62,084 nt of DNA from a virus (lineage: Duplodnaviria; Caudoviricetes), in the IMG/VR virus record IMGVR_UViG_3300032267_000768, positions 1 through 62,084 of that record; one strand, 5' to 3'. The position numbers were made by a program, and so were the translations under genes. Each line of letters starts with the position of its first letter. The first letter of the stretch is position 1. The notes under the pieces are model-generated. The model ran no database searches. It was not told the DNA's origin and was given only the letters and a program-made list of their open reading frames with translations. Of the stretch, positions 57,440 to 62,084 are shown piece by piece.

Positions 57440-59158
57440 ATGAGCTGGAAAAAATATTTTAAAGAACCCAATCTAAGTCCAATCAGTGGAGACAAAACTC
57501 CCAATTTCGCCAAAAGAAATTATTCATCTTATCTGCCTGATGTGTACACAGGACATCCAAATAGAATACAGAGATATTTTCAATATGATCAAATGGACAA
57601 CGACTCGGAGATCAATGCAGCTCTAGATATTCTTGCAGAATTTTGCACACAGAGCAACAACGAAAACGAAACACCGTTTGATTTAGTATTCAAAGACGAT
57701 ATCACAGAAACTGAAGTTAAGTTATTAAAAAAAGCACTGCAACAGTGGACTAAGTCTAACAGATTCGCTAGAAGAATATTCCGTATTTTTAGAAACTGTT
57801 TAAAATACGGTGATTGTTTCTTTGTGAGAGATACAGAAACTGACAAGTTGTTGTATATGGATCCTGCAAAAATTGATAGAATCATTGTAAATGAATCTGA
57901 TGGAAAGGTTCCTGAACAATATATCATAAGAGACATCAATCCTAATTTACAAAAATTATCTGCCACACAGATCACACCAAATCAATTGTATGGTGGTACT
58001 ACTGGTGGACCATATCAACAAAACTATATGGGCACAGGACAAGGCATGGGCACAAGTCCAACAGGAGCAGGAGCATCCGGCGGAAGATTCTACAGAACCA
58101 TGAATCAATATGCTATCAATGCTGAGCACGTGGTACACATGAGTCTATCAGATGGTATGGACAATCTATTTCCATTTGGTCAATCAGTGTTGGAACAAGT
58201 GTTCAAGGTTTACAAACAAAAAGAATTATTAGAAGATGCAATCATCATTTATCGAGTACAAAGAGCACCAGAACGAAGAGTATTCTATATCGATGTGGGT
58301 AACATGCCCACACACTTGGCTATGCAATTCGTTGAGCGAGTTAAAAACGAGATTAATCAGAGAAGAATTCCTAGTACATCAGGCGGAATGAGTTATATCG
58401 ACGCCACATACAATCCAATGAGTATCAATGAAGATTACTTCTTTCCACAAACAGCAGAGGGCAGAGGATCTAAAGTGGACACATTGCCAGGAGGAACTAA
58501 CCTAGGAGAGATTGACGATTTAAGATATTTCACTAACAAATTGTACAGAGGTTTAAGAATTCCAAGCTCATACTTGCCTACAGGTGCTGACGACGGAGCG
58601 CAACAATACAACGATGGTAGAGTGGGCACAGCATACATTCAAGAATTAAGATTTAACAAATATTGCGAAAGATTACAGAGTTTAATTGCTCCAGTGTTTG
58701 ATGAAGAGTTTAAATTATGGATCAAACACAAAGGTTACACCATTGACAACAGCACATTTGAAATTAAATTTAATCCGCCACAAAACTTTGCACAATACAG
58801 ACAAACAGAAATGGACCAAAGCCGAGTGGGTACATTTGTACAGGTGGCAGAGTTACCTTACATGAGCAAACGTTTTGCATTGAATAGATTTTTAGGATTA
58901 TCGGAAGAAGAAATGGCAAAAAATAGCACACTGTGGGCCGAAGAGAACGCAGTAGCACAAAAAAAACAAACCAAAACTACTCAATTAAGATCAGCAGGGA
59001 TCAGTCAAGCAGGAGTACAATCAGATTTAGATCAGTTTGAAAACCCAACTCCAGAAGAAGGAGCACCAACACCAGGCACACCAACACCAGGTACAACTAG
59101 CACACCGTCTACAGGCGGAACACCGGGTACCACTCCGGGTGGTGGAGCGACCGTCTAA
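57440..59158 (+). CDS. gp20: Portal protein, T4 gp20-like
   Basis: LLEDAIIIYRVQRAPERRVFYIDVGNMP, EDYFFP, TLPGG.NLGEIDD, LRIPSS. Confidence 0.95.
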   Translation: MSWKKYFKEPNLSPISGDKTPNFAKRNYSSYLPDVYTGHPNRIQRYFQYDQMDNDSEINAALDILAEFCTQSNNENETPFDLVFKDDITETEVKLLKKALQQWTKSNRFARRIFRIFRNCLKYGDCFFVRDTETDKLLYMDPAKIDRIIVNESDGKVPEQYIIRDINPNLQKLSATQITPNQLYGGTTGGPYQQNYMGTGQGMGTSPTGAGASGGRFYRTMNQYAINAEHVVHMSLSDGMDNLFPFGQSVLEQVFKVYKQKELLEDAIIIYRVQRAPERRVFYIDVGNMPTHLAMQFVERVKNEINQRRIPSTSGGMSYIDATYNPMSINEDYFFPQTAEGRGSKVDTLPGGTNLGEIDDLRYFTNKLYRGLRIPSSYLPTGADDGAQQYNDGRVGTAYIQELRFNKYCERLQSLIAPVFDEEFKLWIKHKGYTIDNSTFEIKFNPPQNFAQYRQTEMDQSRVGTFVQVAELPYMSKRFALNRFLGLSEEEMAKNSTLWAEENAVAQKKQTKTTQLRSAGISQAGVQSDLDQFENPTPEEGAPTPGTPTPGTTSTPSTGGTPGTTPGGGATV

Positions 59159-59173
59159 GGCTTAAATAGCATT

Positions 59174-59416
59174 ATGTATTTGAAAGAGATGTGGTCATAT
59201 ACTCCGCAAGGATTTGAACAGAACAAAGGGTACAATGCAGAAGATGATATTTCTGTATTAGACGCTGATGATACACGTAAAACTCGTTTAAAATTACGAG
59301 ATATACATAAAATGCGTTTGGCTAGCGAAGCACACGATCAAGATCAAAGAGAACAAGCAGAATTTGTACAAAAGATGTACGGACAACAGCCAGCAGCCGA
59401 CGATCTATCACTTTAA
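59174..59416 (+). CDS. Small conserved head-module protein, hypothetical
   Basis: DTRKTRLKL..VQKMYG; TTAAATA 5 nt upstream. Confidence 0.7.
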   Translation: MYLKEMWSYTPQGFEQNKGYNAEDDISVLDADDTRKTRLKLRDIHKMRLASEAHDQDQREQAEFVQKMYGQQPAADDLSL

Positions 59417-59422
59417 TATAAC

Positions 59423-60049
59423 ATGTCTAACGTAGCATTCGTATTGGGCAACGGCGAATCACGTAGGGGTATCCGAATAGCAGATTTAAAACAACACGGC
59501 ACTGTGTTTGCCTGTAATGCTGTGTACAGAACCGAAGAACCCGACTATCTCATAGCAGTGGATCCCAAAATGATACTGGAAATTGCTGAAACTGATTATC
59601 CCAAAACACACGAAGTATGGACCAATTACAATCATCAGTACTCAAAAAATGAAAATGCTAAGAATCATATCAAATGGTTTCAACCCAGCCTAGGATGGAG
59701 TTCGGGACCTACTGCTTTAAAAATGGCTGCTGATAAAAAATTTACCATGATTTATATACTGGGGTTTGATTATCAAGGACACGTTAAGGATGCAAAAAAC
59801 AAAAGATTTGGTTTTAATAACGTATTCAAAGACACTAGAAACTATAAAAAAAGCTCAGACGAAGCTACATATCATGGAAATTGGTTAAATCAAACCAAAA
59901 GAGTGGTTGCAGATTATCCTCAGATTGAGTTCCGCAGAGTAATACGCAAAGATACATTTAAACCGCACGATTTAGAGTTTAGTACCAACATTAAACACCT
60001 AGATATTGATGAATTTCTAAAGATACATAATATACAAGTCCAACCATAG
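59423..60049 (+). CDS. Maf/DUF115 / sialyltransferase-like fold protein
   Basis: AFVLGNGESR, ACNAVY, IAVD, SSGPTAL, IYILGFD. Confidence 0.6.
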   Translation: MSNVAFVLGNGESRRGIRIADLKQHGTVFACNAVYRTEEPDYLIAVDPKMILEIAETDYPKTHEVWTNYNHQYSKNENAKNHIKWFQPSLGWSSGPTALKMAADKKFTMIYILGFDYQGHVKDAKNKRFGFNNVFKDTRNYKKSSDEATYHGNWLNQTKRVVADYPQIEFRRVIRKDTFKPHDLEFSTNIKHLDIDEFLKIHNIQVQP

Positions 60050-60156
60050 CCAAAAACCACCGTTTTTCGCCTAAAAGTACCGCTTTATTTCTCCGGTCGC
60101 GTAAATACAACACTTTATAAAGTATAAATCAAACTTGCCAAAAGGAGCACGTGCAA

Positions 60157-61053
60157 ATGACACAATCTACAAACAAATTCGAGCAATTGCTGGAATTATT
60201 AATCAACGAAGAAAACGATAAAGCCCAAGCGCTATTTCACGAAATCGTTGTGGAAAAATCTAGAGACATCTACGAAGGTTTAGCAGAAGCTGAAACTAAA
60301 GAAGACTCTAAAGAAGAAGTTAAAGAAACTGAACAAGCTGAAGTAAAAGCAGAAACAGTTAAAGAAACAGAAAAAACAGATTCAAAAGACGAATCAGTTG
60401 ACGAAACTGTTGAAATCGAAGAAGAATCAATTGAAGAAGTTGGTGGCGATGCTACTGATGATTTAATCGGTGACATTTCAGCTGACGAAAAAGGCGATGC
60501 AGAACACGGTGATGATGCAAATGGTGAAGAACCTGCTGCTGATGACCAAGCTGACGCTGGAATCGAAAATAAAATCGTTGACTTAGAAGATGCTTTAGAA
60601 GAATTAAAAGCAGAATTCGAAAAAATGATGAATGGTGACAACGGCGAAGATTCAGAAGAGAAATCAGAAGAATCAGTAGCAATTGCTCAACCAGCTCAAG
60701 ATGCTCAGGCTCAAGTTGCAGTAGCTCAAGAAGCTAAAGAAGAAATGAAGAAGGAAACTGTAAAAGAATACAAGATCCAGAAATCAGCTGACAACAAAGA
60801 TGCTTCAGACAAATCAGCAAAATCACCAGTAGTTGACGCAGGAACTAAAATGGGACAAGGTGCTAAAAATATAGCACAAGGTAGCAAAGAAGAAAAAGGT
60901 GCTACTGCCCCAACTGCTAAAAAAATCGAAACTAGTTTCGAAAACACTGGCGGAAAAGACAAATCAACTTCTTTCAAAAAAGAAGTAAAAGCCGACAATA
61001 AAGACGGTTCAGATAAGTCTGCTAAATCTCCAATCGTTGCTGCTAAGAAGTAA
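60157..61053 (+). CDS. Acidic prohead core / scaffold-associated protein
   Basis: Extremely Glu/Asp-rich, ALFHEIVVEKSRDIYE; lies between portal and protease; AAGGAG upstream of ATG 60157. Confidence 0.7.
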   Translation: MTQSTNKFEQLLELLINEENDKAQALFHEIVVEKSRDIYEGLAEAETKEDSKEEVKETEQAEVKAETVKETEKTDSKDESVDETVEIEEESIEEVGGDATDDLIGDISADEKGDAEHGDDANGEEPAADDQADAGIENKIVDLEDALEELKAEFEKMMNGDNGEDSEEKSEESVAIAQPAQDAQAQVAVAQEAKEEMKKETVKEYKIQKSADNKDASDKSAKSPVVDAGTKMGQGAKNIAQGSKEEKGATAPTAKKIETSFENTGGKDKSTSFKKEVKADNKDGSDKSAKSPIVAAKK

Positions 61054-61081
61054 GCAATAGAATAGAGAACAGGGAGCAAAG

Positions 61082-61711
61082 ATGGGACTATACCTAAGAG
61101 AGCATTTAACCTACGATCAGGCCAGGATGGAAGTCTTGCACGAAGGCAAGGAAGGCAAGGACCTTTATATGAAAGGAATTTGTATCCAAGGCGGCATTAA
61201 AAATGCCAATCAGAGAGTTTACCCAGTGAATGAAATTCAAAAAGCGGTAAAAACACTCAATGATCAGATCACATCAGGTTATTCTGTTCTAGGAGAAGTA
61301 GACCATCCCGATGATCTAAAAATTAATTTGGACCGTGTTAGCCACATGATTACTGATATGTGGATGGACGGTCCGAATGGATACGGCAAGATGAAAATCC
61401 TGCCAACACCAATGGGCCAACTAGTGAAAACTATGTTAGAGTCTGGAGTTAAACTAGGCGTGTCAAGCCGCGGTTCTGGAAACGTTTCAGAATACGGTGG
61501 AGGACAAGTTAGTGATTTCGAGATTATAACAGTGGACGTAGTGGCACAACCTTCAGCACCGGGTGCTTACCCAACTGCAATTTACGAACATTTGTTGAAT
61601 ACAAAGGGCGGAAATAAAGCAATGGGTCTGGCTGCTGAGATTAGAGATGATAAAAAAGCACAGAAGTACCTTAAAGAGGCACTAACCAACATAATAAAGG
61701 ACCTAAAATAA
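61082..61711 (+). CDS. gp21: Prohead protease, T4 gp21-like
   Basis: NANQRVYP, GEVDHP, RVSH, PTPMG, LGVSSRGSG, DVVAQPSAP. Confidence 0.95.
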   Translation: MGLYLREHLTYDQARMEVLHEGKEGKDLYMKGICIQGGIKNANQRVYPVNEIQKAVKTLNDQITSGYSVLGEVDHPDDLKINLDRVSHMITDMWMDGPNGYGKMKILPTPMGQLVKTMLESGVKLGVSSRGSGNVSEYGGGQVSDFEIITVDVVAQPSAPGAYPTAIYEHLLNTKGGNKAMGLAAEIRDDKKAQKYLKEALTNIIKDLK

Positions 61712-62084
61712 TGTTCGACGCAATATCAAAACTGGTTGAATCAGGCGTTATTGGAGAAGAAACTCAAAAGACTATCCAAGAAGCATGGGAAAACAAAGTT
61801 AAAGAAAACAAAGAGCAAGCTGCTGCTGAACTTAGAGAAGAATTCGCTAAGAGATACGAGCACGACAAAAACAACATGGTAGAAGCCATCGACAAAATGA
61901 TGACTGACAAGTTGAGTGAAGAAATTACCAAGTTCGTTGAAGACAGAAAAGCACTTGCAATGGAAAAAACAACATACAAAGAAAACGTAGGCGCACACTC
62001 TGCAAAATTAGAATCATTTGTAATGAACAAATTAGCAGAAGAGCTGAACGAGCTTAATGTTGACAGAAAGAGTGTACACGAAAA
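61711..62084 (+). CDS. gp22: Prohead scaffolding protein gp22-like (partial, runs off the window)
   Basis: TAATG overlap with gp21; MFDAISKLVESG..IQEAWE..ELREEFAKRYEHDK coiled-coil, open to the end. Confidence 0.75.
   Translation, partial: MFDAISKLVESGVIGEETQKTIQEAWENKVKENKEQAAAELREEFAKRYEHDKNNMVEAIDKMMTDKLSEEITKFVEDRKALAMEKTTYKENVGAHSAKLESFVMNKLAEELNELNVDRKSVHE

Noticed and set aside
1-62084. Stop-codon reassignment (alternative genetic code)
   Set aside because: Code 11 gives dense, full-length ORFs including a 4646-aa one, and TAG and TGA both end genes at sensible junctions.

Overview
This AT-rich, gene-dense 62 kb window comes from a large T4-related (jumbo-type) myophage using the standard genetic code; no tRNA, rRNA or CRISPR array was recognised. 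From left to right it holds: (i) a minus-strand modification operon with a truncated carbamoyltransferase-like start, a 34-aa microprotein, 2 SGNH-like proteins, 5 tandem radical-SAM enzymes with N-terminal twitch domains and 3 glycosyltransferase-like genes; (ii) tail-fibre/virion genes, interrupted by a cassette with sigma70-like promoters at both ends (6th radical SAM, QueC-like, GNAT-like, 2 glycosyltransferases); (iii) the baseplate module, including a 4646-aa protein and gp6, gp25, gp5 and gp53 homologues; (iv) late sigma gp55, gp47/gp46 and a histone Hc1-like gene; (v) a GIY-YIG gene next to a ~450-nt highly structured non-coding region; (vi) a gp26-like chaperone with an apparent programmed -1 frameshift, then tape measure, portal, prohead protease and the start of the scaffold gene. 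The best leads are the structured non-coding element beside the GIY-YIG gene, the radical-SAM/glycosyltransferase system next to the tail fibres, and the -1 frameshift. All family calls come from motif recognition by eye, not database searches.
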